Shown: piece after piece, positions 20,585-29,639 of the stretch | Layout of the letters: each line of letters begins with the position of its first letter | How positions within the stretch are numbered: position 1 is the first letter of the stretch | DNA from: an uncultured delta proteobacterium | GTDB lineage: Bacteria > Desulfobacterota > Desulfomonilia > UBA1062 | Length of the DNA: 64,000 nucleotides | Reading direction: 5' to 3' | NCBI GenBank assembly: GCA_963798485.1 | Contig: CAWCTR010000014.1 | Span: forward strand, 416,001 to 480,000 | The notes under the pieces: generated by a model | The model's database searches: none | The model's input: only the letters and a program-made list of their open reading frames with translations | What the model was told of the DNA's origin: nothing | Made by a program: the position numbers and the translations under genes

Positions 20585-21165
20585 GAAAATGATGCTGATC
20601 CATACCTCCTCTATTATTCTTCCATCCCTTCGGCTTTTCTTACCCTCTCTTTGTTCCTGAAACACTCTCCTTAATCAGCATGTTCAAGAAAAATCCATTC
20701 TTGTTTCAACACAGATTTATTCGTACAAGGTTGTTCCCATGTCGGAGAGCTTAAATGCTTGTCCAAGCCAATCGAAATCTATCGGTAGATACCCATTACC
20801 CGCAACGTTTGATACCTCAGAAAGCAAAAGCTGTATAAATGGATTGGACGAACGGGCTCTTTAATTGGGGATAAAATCCCAAGATAAAAATACACCTATA
20901 TCCAGGATCTCACCATGCTTATGGGCATGAAGAGATAAACAATTCCTTCAGGAGATTATTATGTAACCTTTCAATATCAATATTTTTATTGCAACCTCTA
21001 CCCTGAAACCGGAGTTTGTTCGAAACCCGAAGCAGGAGAGCAGGTGAGTAATGTAATTCATTTACTGGAATTATACACATATATGGAATGTAACCTCTAT
21101 ATGTGTACCCATGCAATATAGTTTTATCTTATTGTTTTTGTATTTTATTTATCAATATATCAGCC

Positions 21166-22206
21166 ATGTATATCGACATCATCCCTAACCGGAATTCAAG
21201 GTCGACCATTCTTCTGCGAGAAGCATGGCGGGAGGGAAAGAAGATAAGGAAACGTACTATCGCGAATCTGACCGGCTGGCCCGATGATAAGATCTCAGCC
21301 CTCAAGCACATACTGAAAGGTGAGCCGCTCATTCATCCTTCCGAGGCCTTTGTTATCGAGCAGTCCCTATCCTGCGGTCATGTCCATGCCATTCTGAAAC
21401 TCATTGAAAAAATCCGACTCATAGAGATCCTGGGGCATGGATCAATACTGCAGAAGAACATCATCATTACCATGGTAATCCATACCCTGTTTTTACAGCA
21501 GGCACCCAATCTTGCGGATTGCCTGTGGCGTGGCACAACCATTCTGGATGACCTGGGTCTTCGCAACATCACCATCGAAAATGTAACAGGCACTCTCGAG
21601 TGGCTCGCGGAAAAAAGGGAACAGATCGAGGGTAATGTCGAACGAATATTAAGCTCTGTTGCAGAAGTAGCCTATGACAGCGGTATGCGTAATACCGCCC
21701 GGGCTCTTCTCCAGCTGTTGGCCGAGCATGTGAACAGGAACCTGCACAATGCCCTTTCGCCACTGCTTTCTCAGAATGCCCTCCACGAAGACCCATGCGC
21801 ACGTCACGTCCAGAGTGAATGTCCCTTAAGCCTGTATACCAATGAAAACCTCCATGAAACCGGCATGCAAAAAGAGAAGCGTCCTGCCCTCAGCCTTTTC
21901 GATATCGTTGACCATCTCAGTGCCCAGTGCAATATCAGGTTGAGGATAACCTCGATCCCAGGCGGCTTGACCGTCAACCTTCGCACTTCTGAATCCCCTC
22001 TCCATAAGCATGTATCCGAGCTCATCGAGGCCTATGAGGGAAAAGGCCCGGTCATAGAAACCGCATCCTGGCGCCACCCACACCAGGAGGGGAATAATCG
22101 GGCTCAGTCAGGATGGATGCACACCCCCGACGTACAGGATCTTGCCCTGAATAAAAACATGGACAGGTCTCTTTTACGAGACCGAGACATGAATAAACCT
22201 TTTTAA
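21166..22206 (+). mobile_element. IS1634-family transposase derivative lacking the DDE core (intact ORF)
   Basis: The N-terminus MYIDIIPNRNSRSTILLREAWREGKKIRKRTIANLT is IS1634-like, and so is the C-terminal LLAEHV...LSPLL...SLFDIVDHL...SPLHKHVSELI. The protein is only 346 aa. Confidence 0.7.
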
Positions 22207-22220
22207 AAAGGAGGAATATC

Positions 22221-22748
22221 ATGAAGAAAATCGGAATCTTTATAGTAACTGTATTGGTGAGTCTCGGTATAACAGGCACCTCAATGGCTTTTACTTTATA
22301 CAGTTCCCCCCTTACGGCAAACATGTGGATGTCCTATGCAGGCGGTTCCAGCAGCAACACATTCACGCTCAAGCTTGATGGGTACAAACCTTCGAGCATG
22401 TCCGGGTGTTCATCAGCCCAATTGGTTCTCTCCTTTGCCGGCGATGGCAATCCCTTTGACTCCTATATGTTCGCCGGTATTATGCAGGGCAGCAAGAAAA
22501 CCATCTTTGAGGTAAAAGACGGATCGGCCATGATCATCCCTATCTCGGATGACGGCCTGGTCAGCTTGAATACTACAGGACAGCTGACCTTCACCCTTAC
22601 CCGCTACTGCGGTGATTTCACGTTCAAGACAGCCAAGCTTATAGGAGACTCCCCAACACCAGCAGTTCCCATTCCCGCGGCGCTCTGGCTGTTCGGGCCG
22701 ACACTCATAGGGTTCCAGTTCATGAGAAGACAGTTTGTCCAAATATAA
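22221..22748 (+). CDS. VPLPA-CTERM (PEP-CTERM-like) exosortase substrate
   Basis: Signal peptide ending SMA; C-terminal PAVPIPAALWLFG-TM-MRR; SD AGGAGG. Confidence 0.85.
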   Translation: MKKIGIFIVTVLVSLGITGTSMAFTLYSSPLTANMWMSYAGGSSSNTFTLKLDGYKPSSMSGCSSAQLVLSFAGDGNPFDSYMFAGIMQGSKKTIFEVKDGSAMIIPISDDGLVSLNTTGQLTFTLTRYCGDFTFKTAKLIGDSPTPAVPIPAALWLFGPTLIGFQFMRRQFVQI

Positions 22749-22776
22749 AATATACCGAGCCAATAGCAAAAGTCCG

Positions 22777-22854
22777 AGATTGTCATTCCGCGAAAGCGGG
22801 AACCACTCTTTTTAAATACTGCAGGATCCCCCGTTTTCGCGGGAGGTGACATCT
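22777..22854. repeat. Palindromic REP-like element (GTCATTCC..CGAAAGCGGG / CCCG..TTCGCGGGA..TGAC type)
   Basis: tgtcattccgcgaaagcggg (22781-22800) pairs imperfectly with cccgttttcgcgggaggtgaca (22830-22851). Confidence 0.65.
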
Positions 22855-22985
22855 TTTCTTAGTTTTGCAATTAACCGAATCTTTTTTGATTCTTAATCAG
22901 GAATTCACACTGTTCGCGTATAAGAGCCTTGAAGAAAGAACCTTTATTCCATACGAAGAGATACATATCTAACTCCCCTCACTCG

Positions 22986-23020
22986 GGCACGAGTAAGTTT
23001 AGCTCGTGCCTTTTTCTTTT
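22986..23020 (+). terminator. Intrinsic terminator
   Basis: ggcacgag/ctcgtgcc 8-bp stem followed by tttttctttt, between convergent genes. Confidence 0.7.
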
Positions 23021-23065
23021 CAGAATTCAATAGAGAGGAAACGATGAAATTTTCACGACACCTCT

Positions 23066-24532
23066 TTAGCCTGCTGCACGAAGGATTATTTGGTCTCTCT
23101 TTCGGTCCTCTTCTCCCAGACCGGCATAGAACCACTTGGGGAAGTTAAAAAAAGAGGTAATGGAGCGTGGGAGCAAAAGGACAGCTTGAAGGAATGACTC
23201 AAGATCAGGCACGTTATAGATATTCACATCAAGGCCCCAGTTCTGGAGCTGGATGATCAGGCGCCTGCTTTCGCTTGTTTTCCAGTTCACTGAGAACCGG
23301 TTAATGCCCCACCTGGTGTACATGGCGAGATATCTCCTGGCCTCTGATGGGGAGGATATGATCAGGTATCCCAAGGCGTCCACAGGGCACTGCTTTATTG
23401 CACCGGGGAATCTATCCACGATCGTCTTGAGCCCGCCGATGTTCAGTTCGTTTACGGTCCTGTTTATCCATACCCGATCATCGGTAAAGCCGATTTCGGC
23501 CAGCATCCCGGTCACCCGTTCCAATAAACCCTCTTCCTTGATGTCCAGTTTCACACCCCTGCCTGCGTCCTTGAGAACGGACAGGAAATACTCCAGTTTA
23601 ATTGTAGTCTCGTTGGGAGTCTTCAGTACCTCAGAGAAACTCTTCCTGCGGACGATTAAGGATTTATCACCGGGGTCAATGCGGACGTGCATCTCAGCCC
23701 AGTGGACATTCGACACAAGGAACTGGCGGAGTATGGATTCATCGTCAACACCATGCCACACGAACTCGATGTGTTTGGGCAGCCCTTTTTCACCGATGAA
23801 CTCGGTAATGTCATAATGGCTGCCGGCTACTGCACCAATAGGGATATGGGCAGGTGCGGATTCAAGAATAGTATCCGCATGCAGTAAAAAAATATCGCGG
23901 GTAAGCTCTGTCTCCGCAATGGTCTTTAAGATTTCCGGCTCATTGTCGACCACGGCAACGATGCGGTACCCCATGCCCATAAAGGCCTTCAACCCATCTA
24001 TCTTGGAACCGGTAACACTGGACCCTGAATTCATATGAAGCAGGTGGGGTGGAAATCCAACACGGTATTCGGCAGCAAGGGTGTTGAGGACTCGCAGTGT
24101 CTCGTCCCTCATGTGCTCGGATCTCCCGGTGTTGAGGCCCACATAGGTATTGGGCTGCAACTGGAACCACCTTATGACATCCAAAACTCCATCAAACGGG
24201 TGGTGCGACTTGAGAATGGCATCTTCAGACCGGAAGTTGAGTATATACCATTCAATGATCTTCGACTTCTCAGGATCTGTTATGCCAAGATCGTTCAGGA
24301 GTGTTTCTATCTCATTTTCGTGGATGTGGATATCATCGGCCCCGAGATACCTGAAATGACGCGTACCATGCTCACGGTCATAGGTGTGGAGGGTCGATAT
24401 GATCATGTATCGTGTGTCTAGTATGGTACCATCGATGTCAAAGACTATCAGGAGTCTGTCTTGCGGGCATGCCTTACGTATCGATTCGTAGTGGAATGCA
24501 AGATCTCGCATCCAGCTTGTTGTGTTTTTCAT
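23066..24532 (-). CDS. HAD-family hydrolase fused to a FAM151/DUF2181-like phosphodiesterase-fold domain
   Basis: HAD motifs FDIDGT, NTGR, K and VDNE; C-terminal VWHGVD...WAE...GVKLDIKE TIM-barrel pattern. Confidence 0.65.
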   Translation of the reverse strand: MKNTTSWMRDLAFHYESIRKACPQDRLLIVFDIDGTILDTRYMIISTLHTYDREHGTRHFRYLGADDIHIHENEIETLLNDLGITDPEKSKIIEWYILNFRSEDAILKSHHPFDGVLDVIRWFQLQPNTYVGLNTGRSEHMRDETLRVLNTLAAEYRVGFPPHLLHMNSGSSVTGSKIDGLKAFMGMGYRIVAVVDNEPEILKTIAETELTRDIFLLHADTILESAPAHIPIGAVAGSHYDITEFIGEKGLPKHIEFVWHGVDDESILRQFLVSNVHWAEMHVRIDPGDKSLIVRRKSFSEVLKTPNETTIKLEYFLSVLKDAGRGVKLDIKEEGLLERVTGMLAEIGFTDDRVWINRTVNELNIGGLKTIVDRFPGAIKQCPVDALGYLIISSPSEARRYLAMYTRWGINRFSVNWKTSESRRLIIQLQNWGLDVNIYNVPDLESFLQAVLLLPRSITSFFNFPKWFYAGLGEEDRKRDQIILRAAG

Positions 24533-24747
24533 TGTAATAATAGCTCCTTTAATGCCCTCTTTTATAACGGGCTGTGGTTTAATATTGCGGACTCACTTTG
24601 GGTGCTCTCAATGGTTTCTGTCTCCTGCTTCCTGCAATAAGCTGGAATATTCTCATGCATACTGAATTATAACCATAAATATTTCTGGTTCGGTAAATCA
24701 GCAGGATCTTGGAGAAGTAAATCGAGGCCGTTTCAAAATAACGTGAG

Positions 24748-24954
24748 CTATTTACTTGCTCTTTCATATGTATGCTCCATATCTAAATACCCTCTATCTA
24801 TGCTTGCATTATTAACTAAGTATGAACATTGGATAAATTTTTGGTTAACTTCATCGTGTGCCTTGAAGGCATTCATTTCTGTTGCATGAACCGTGAACCA
24901 GGTAATGGATAGAGAGAGAATGAAGAAAAACGTGCTGATAATTAATCGTTTCAT
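24748..24954 (-). CDS. Small secreted hypothetical protein
   Basis: SD AAGGAG; signal peptide MKRLIISTFFFILSLSITWFTVHA. Confidence 0.5.
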   Translation of the reverse strand: MKRLIISTFFFILSLSITWFTVHATEMNAFKAHDEVNQKFIQCSYLVNNASIDRGYLDMEHTYERASK

Positions 24955-25010
24955 GATATCTCCTTACTTTTTACAAACAAGCACAACACGAAACATCCCA
25001 GGGGGAGATC

Positions 25011-25202
25011 TTATTTAAATCTCTCTAAATAATTATCTATGGTCATCGAGGTCGCTGACTGAGAACTGATACAATTGTCCGATGCGGAATATCCATTGTT
25101 TGTGTGTGATATCGCTCCATGCGGCATAAAGCGATTGCTATCGAAGCCCTCGGTCTTAACCTTATCTCTTATGTCTTTGTGAGAATCTATCCCTTTGTTC
25201 AT
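25011..25202 (-). CDS. Small hypothetical protein
   Basis: SD GGAGG before ATG 25202; Pho-box-like array upstream. Confidence 0.4.
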   Translation of the reverse strand: MNKGIDSHKDIRDKVKTEGFDSNRFMPHGAISHTNNGYSASDNCISSQSATSMTIDNYLERFK

Positions 25203-25239
25203 AATGGCACCTCCATTCATGTATTTTCCTTTAATTCAT

Positions 25240-25293
25240 TATCTAATGAATTAGTGTGAATTTATTATGTGTTCCTGATTAAAATTAGATGAA
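25240..25293 (-). promoter_or_regulatory. Pho-box-like array
   Basis: Minus-strand half-sites TTCAT/TTAAT/CACAT/TTCAC at plus positions 25289, 25278, 25267 and 25256 (11-bp period), then 10 nt, then TAGATA. Confidence 0.5.
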
Positions 25294-25364
25294 TTTTTTA
25301 GAGGTGCACCTTCAAATCGACGATATACGAGTCTCCGGACCTTTGATGCTGACAATTGGATCTA

Positions 25365-26054
25365 TCAGTTCTGCTTTTCAAATTTTAGCTTGTCTACCTT
25401 GTCGGTATACTCCTGCACGAATTCTTCAAGCTCCACTTTTTTAACCTGCGTGAGAGGCTCCTTTGCCGCCAGGGCGCTCACCACACCTTTATTCTTGTAT
25501 TTGATAAGCAACTCCTTGGATATCGCAGTTAGCTCAGTGTTCGCTTTCACACACCGCTCAAACTCATTCTGGTTCCGAGTAAGCTTCTTCTCCAGGTCTT
25601 TTTTAGCATCGCTCAGCCGTGCCTGCTCCTTCTGCGAATCCGAGGCTAATTGTGCATGTGTTTTCTTCAGGTCATCGAGATCTTTCTTCAGCTTGTCCCG
25701 CTCCAAAGTGAGCTCATTAAGTGCGCTTGTCTGCTTTTCCTTATAGGCATTGAATTCGGATTTCAGCACCCCTTCCTCTTTCACCGCCTTGTCCAGGTCG
25801 GACTGGGAAGAACGCTGCTTGCCTTCGACAGAGGACTTCATGCGCAGATATTCCTCGGACTGGTGTTTCTGGTCGGCATATTTCTTGTGGAGCTGCTCTT
25901 CTTTCATGGTGAGAGTTGCAATCATGTCCTTCTGCTCATTGTTTACTTTGACGAGGTAGAGGCAACCCCACGCAAGGGTAATAAGTACAATTACGCCGAT
26001 GATCTGCACCACCAAGACCATGTTCATTTTCTTCTGAGCCATATAGTCCTTCAT
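25365..26054 (-). CDS. Membrane-anchored coiled-coil protein, last gene of the TPS-TonB operon
   Basis: N-terminal TM, about 150 aa of coiled coil, C-terminal KEPLTQVKKVELEEFVQEY motif. Confidence 0.7.
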   Translation of the reverse strand: MKDYMAQKKMNMVLVVQIIGVIVLITLAWGCLYLVKVNNEQKDMIATLTMKEEQLHKKYADQKHQSEEYLRMKSSVEGKQRSSQSDLDKAVKEEGVLKSEFNAYKEKQTSALNELTLERDKLKKDLDDLKKTHAQLASDSQKEQARLSDAKKDLEKKLTRNQNEFERCVKANTELTAISKELLIKYKNKGVVSALAAKEPLTQVKKVELEEFVQEYTDKVDKLKFEKQN

Positions 26055-26128
26055 TCCTCCGATACTGATTCGTTCTCTAAGTACGTTTTCTTCAGCAAAT
26101 TGCTCTCCTGAACGGACATCCGTCCTTC

Positions 26129-26521
26129 TTAAGGTTTTTTGTATTGCTGGATGATCTCCCAGGTGCCCAGGACATTTTCCATTGCTGCCTTTGTCGATTC
26201 CGCATTATTGTGCGATGCAGCCTGATTGAGCTCTTCGGCCTGTACAGCGAGCCTGTTCACCATGCGTCTGAAGTACGAGTCAAGGGCCTTGCGCGAAAGG
26301 ATGCCGCTTAAGTTCACCATCTCTCGGGCGTTCATGGCGAGGATCCTGTAGGTATAACGCTCTTCGTTCTGGTATTTCAGCGTATCAATATAGCTGCTCA
26401 TTTCCTTGATCCCGCCCTGCAATTCCTTGTTCGAATAGGCGCCATCCAGGTCTTTCATGACAGCGCAGGAAATGCAGAGGAAAGAGATCATGACCGGCAA
26501 AAAGATGAAAAGCTTTTTCAT
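26129..26521 (-). CDS. Small helical lipoprotein
   Basis: MKKLFIFLPVMISFLCISC lipobox and an amphipathic helical body. Confidence 0.6.
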   Translation of the reverse strand: MKKLFIFLPVMISFLCISCAVMKDLDGAYSNKELQGGIKEMSSYIDTLKYQNEERYTYRILAMNAREMVNLSGILSRKALDSYFRRMVNRLAVQAEELNQAASHNNAESTKAAMENVLGTWEIIQQYKKP

Positions 26522-26542
26522 AGTATTCTCCAAGCCTCAAGG

Positions 26543-28318
26543 TTAAAATTTTACGTTCATGTCAACCTGCAGGGTGTCGATGGCGATCTTCGGACCGTCG
26601 ATCTCATCGGCACTGTACCACTGGATCGACCCCCAGACGTTCCTGGTCAGACCCAGGTCGTATTTGAGGATATACCCTTGCGCGTTCGTGCCACCCCCAT
26701 GGAAATTCGAGTCGGTGAATGCATCGAGCACACAATCTTTCCCGACATATTTCCTGGCGGCCGAGCACCTCCACTGTCCGAAGTCGGACACTTCCTTGTA
26801 GCCCACCCCAAAGATGACCTGGTATCCTTTGGTGTCCTTATTCAAACCAGGACCCGTGCGACTGATCACTTCACCCGTGTTAAATCCTATGTTCTTTACA
26901 TAATCACCGGTGAGGGTCAGATGCACGGGGTTGAAGATTACGACATCGATCATGCCGGTGTAATCAAGTTCATGATAATCTGCAGCGAGCGCCAGCTTAT
27001 AGCTCGACGAGGGGTCGATATCGAAGAGTGTGTTCCCCATCTGCTGGAACTGAGGAGCGGTCCAGTCGGTAAGCCCTGGGTATTGTGGGTTATTGGGTTT
27101 GCCCACCATGTTCGTGTAATAGTAATATGCACCACTGAGTTTGACGCTGATGATTTCAGGTGCATTCAGCTTTATACCTGTCTGCATCCCGTAGAGCCAC
27201 TTGTCATGGGAAGACAGCTCCACTTCCTGGATAGGGAATGCGCCAACGGTCAGAAAAGTGCGCAGCGGCCTGCCGAGCTGGGTGTCGAACTGGAGGGCCA
27301 CCCCGTCGAAATTGAGGTTGTCGTCCCACACAAGGTCCGTATAAAACCAGGGGTTCGGCATCCTGCCCGCCCAGAGACTCAGTTCGGGCATAGGCCTGTA
27401 TCTCATCCATGCCTGATTGAGCACCACACTCTTATTGTTCTGGTAATCGCCGAATGTCACATTGGCGGAGACCGGGGTGGTCGTGTTTCCCGTGCTGATG
27501 GTTACTCCCGCATCCACCTGGTCGGCAACCTGGATCAGGGTGTTGAGCCTCACCCGCAACCGCATGCGATCCCTGTCCTCCGTCGTGTTCATGAGCTGTG
27601 TCGGATTGCTGGGGCTTAGGACCTGGTCGTCATTGTCGGAGGCGAAGTAATCACCCTGGTAGCGGACCCTTATATCGCCTGTAAGCCTGATCTTGCTTGC
27701 CCACTCGGGCATTTCGGGCGTAAGCCAGTTCCCGAGACGGGCCTCTTTGAGGATATCCGCCTTGAGTTCATCCTTGACGGCCGATTGCACACTCCCCTTG
27801 ATCTGTCCCGCTACCTGCCTGGATATTTCATCGATGTACTTATCACGATCCGATGCAGGGAGCTGTGCGGCAGGGTTCCGCTTTGATGCCTCAAGGTATC
27901 GCTCCGCCTCCTCATCGCTGATGAGCCCGCGGTCTTTGAGGCCTTTGATCATGGTCTCGAAATCCAGTTGTGTGTCCTGCTGGGGCAAATCCGGGGTTAC
28001 CGCGGTCTGCTGTAAGGTGGCAGCCTGCTCTGCCGGGCCGGCCTGAGGCGCGGCCTCTGGGGTAATATTTTCAGCCGGGGCTGGCTCTGCGGCCTGTGGC
28101 GGGATTGAAGACGCTTCAGACTTCTCCGCCGGGGTCTGTTCAGTTGCATTATCCAGGACTGCCTGCTTATCCTCCGCAGTGGTCCCCTGCATCACAGGGG
28201 CTGCGGGGGCAGGCTCGTCTGCATGAGCCTGCCCCACAACACAGACAAACGGGATAGAGATGAGAAGGGCGATTACATACGGATAAACTCTCTTCCTGTG
28301 AATCAGTAGGTGTATCAT
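26543..28318 (-). CDS. Putative porin with a long periplasmic N-terminal extension
   Basis: Signal peptide, Pro/Ala/Gln linker, then WASKIRLTGDIRVRY, DRDRMRLRVRL, DLVWDDNLNFDG, DSNFHGGGTN; ends QVDMNVKF (beta-signal). Confidence 0.85.
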   Translation of the reverse strand: MIHLLIHRKRVYPYVIALLISIPFVCVVGQAHADEPAPAAPVMQGTTAEDKQAVLDNATEQTPAEKSEASSIPPQAAEPAPAENITPEAAPQAGPAEQAATLQQTAVTPDLPQQDTQLDFETMIKGLKDRGLISDEEAERYLEASKRNPAAQLPASDRDKYIDEISRQVAGQIKGSVQSAVKDELKADILKEARLGNWLTPEMPEWASKIRLTGDIRVRYQGDYFASDNDDQVLSPSNPTQLMNTTEDRDRMRLRVRLNTLIQVADQVDAGVTISTGNTTTPVSANVTFGDYQNNKSVVLNQAWMRYRPMPELSLWAGRMPNPWFYTDLVWDDNLNFDGVALQFDTQLGRPLRTFLTVGAFPIQEVELSSHDKWLYGMQTGIKLNAPEIISVKLSGAYYYYTNMVGKPNNPQYPGLTDWTAPQFQQMGNTLFDIDPSSSYKLALAADYHELDYTGMIDVVIFNPVHLTLTGDYVKNIGFNTGEVISRTGPGLNKDTKGYQVIFGVGYKEVSDFGQWRCSAARKYVGKDCVLDAFTDSNFHGGGTNAQGYILKYDLGLTRNVWGSIQWYSADEIDGPKIAIDTLQVDMNVKF

Positions 28319-28437
28319 CTAATGTCCTTTCATTTTTTTGTTAACATTCTCTGTGGAGCAAATTGTATGAACCCGCGATCGTCATTACTAAACAAGCAGC
28401 GGTCTCTGATCTCAATGGTCATAGCCTACTCAATATC

Positions 28438-28477
28438 ACCCCTCTACCCTGACCCTCTCCCGCAAGGGGAGAGGGGA
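28438..28477. repeat. CCCTCTCCC..GGGAGAGGG palindromic REP-like unit
   Basis: cccctctaccctgaccctctcccgcaaggggagagggg hairpin between the tonB-like and porin genes. Confidence 0.65.
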
Positions 28478-28510
28478 CTTATTATGAAACGGCTTTCCCT
28501 TGAACCATCC

Positions 28511-29197
28511 TTACGCCCTTGAGGAGATCTCTACCCTCAGGACCTTTGGCATGCCTTCAGGAGGCGGCTCGTTGAACCTCTTGATGAGACTCAGGGCGCG
28601 GGAAACGGCACTGTCCATCTGCTCCGATCCGGAAGATTTGTAGATCCGGTACTTCACGAGGTTTCCGTTGTCATCGAGCTGAAGCACCACAATGGTTTCG
28701 AGGTTGCCCGAGGGTATGTTACCCCTGGCGAAGACCTTGTGGATCTCATCCTGGATGCCCCTGTTGTACCAGGCATACTTCTGCATGAGGCTCTGGGGTC
28801 CTCCTCCATTTGGGTCGCTCCCCACCAGGGCCCTTCCACCTTTCCTGCCCACAAGCCCGAATGCGTCGCCCCCAGCGCCTCCCTCGGCATCGAGGCCCAG
28901 CTGATCGCCCGGCGGCGGCTCGTTCTTATCGGATTTGCTGTTCGGGACATCCTGCTGCTGGACCATCTGGTTCTCATGGGGCTTCTCCTGTTTGACCTCC
29001 TGCTCGGGCGGCTTCTCCAGCTTGGTCGGCGGGGGCGGTTTCAAAAGGGTGACCATGTGAATCGCCTTATGCCTCACCTTGTCCTCGGTCAGAACCATCT
29101 TCACCATGGTCGCGCCAAGCCCCACCAGTACGAGGATCACGATACCCGAGATCACCTTGACCCCGGTGGACAGCTTGTCTTCAGCATGCCTTACCAT
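28511..29197 (-). CDS. tonB: TonB/TolA-type energy transducer
   Basis: N-terminal TM, Pro-rich KPPPPTKLEKPP linker, TonB-C fold (LDDNG...SSGSEQMDSAV...EPPP). Confidence 0.8.
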   Translation of the reverse strand: MVRHAEDKLSTGVKVISGIVILVLVGLGATMVKMVLTEDKVRHKAIHMVTLLKPPPPTKLEKPPEQEVKQEKPHENQMVQQQDVPNSKSDKNEPPPGDQLGLDAEGGAGGDAFGLVGRKGGRALVGSDPNGGGPQSLMQKYAWYNRGIQDEIHKVFARGNIPSGNLETIVVLQLDDNGNLVKYRIYKSSGSEQMDSAVSRALSLIKRFNEPPPEGMPKVLRVEISSRA

Positions 29198-29231
29198 GCA
29201 CCCCTCCCCTACCCGTCGTCAGGCAGCAAGG

Positions 29232-29639
29232 TCATTTCACCACCTTCTGCGTTACAAGCCCCAGCTGCGTGATATCCAGCCGTTGTAAGAGATCGAGCAC
29301 GTCGATGACCTGCTGGTAGGCGACCTGTGAATCGCCCTTGACGATGACCGGCAGATCCGGGTTGGTGGCCTTGTACTGGACGAGCGTGTTCTCGAGGTCC
29401 TTCAGGGTTACCGGGTAGGCATCGAGGTAGATGGTCCCGTCAGCGGCAATAGTGATGGCCCTGGTGCTCGGCTTGTTCAGCGTCGGGGCCGTGCTCGCCT
29501 TGGGCAGGTTCACCTGGATGCCCTGTACCGCCGCTGTGATGCATACGATGAAAACGACCAGGAGGTTCCACGCCAGATCAAGCATGGGCGTAATGTTGAT
29601 TTCATCGTACGCCTTCTGATCGAACATGCCCCGTTTCAT
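29232..29639 (-). CDS. exbD: ExbD/TolR family protein
   Basis: EINITPMLD (essential Asp), VNLPKA and VIVKGD...Y..VI.VLD. Confidence 0.92.
   Translation of the reverse strand: MKRGMFDQKAYDEINITPMLDLAWNLLVVFIVCITAAVQGIQVNLPKASTAPTLNKPSTRAITIAADGTIYLDAYPVTLKDLENTLVQYKATNPDLPVIVKGDSQVAYQQVIDVLDLLQRLDITQLGLVTQKVVK

Noticed and set aside
20585-21165. Sigma54/PrsR promoter for the VPIPA-CTERM gene
   Set aside because: No TGGCAC-N5-TTGC match was found.
21103-22206. Active IS element
   Set aside because: The catalytic region appears absent, and no terminal IRs or target-site duplication could be identified.
22925-23020. Possible sRNA with an anti-SD-like CTCCCCTC before the terminator
   Set aside because: The promoter match is weak, and the terminator is explained by the upstream plus-strand genes.
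26678-27619. Long antisense ORFs (e.g. 313 aa here, 44909-45685, 53910-54569)
   Set aside because: These are shadow frames of GC-rich genuine genes, with no motifs or RBS.
28319-28400. Internal Pho box upstream of the porin
   Set aside because: The candidate half-sites (28340 and 28367) are not in 11-bp phase.
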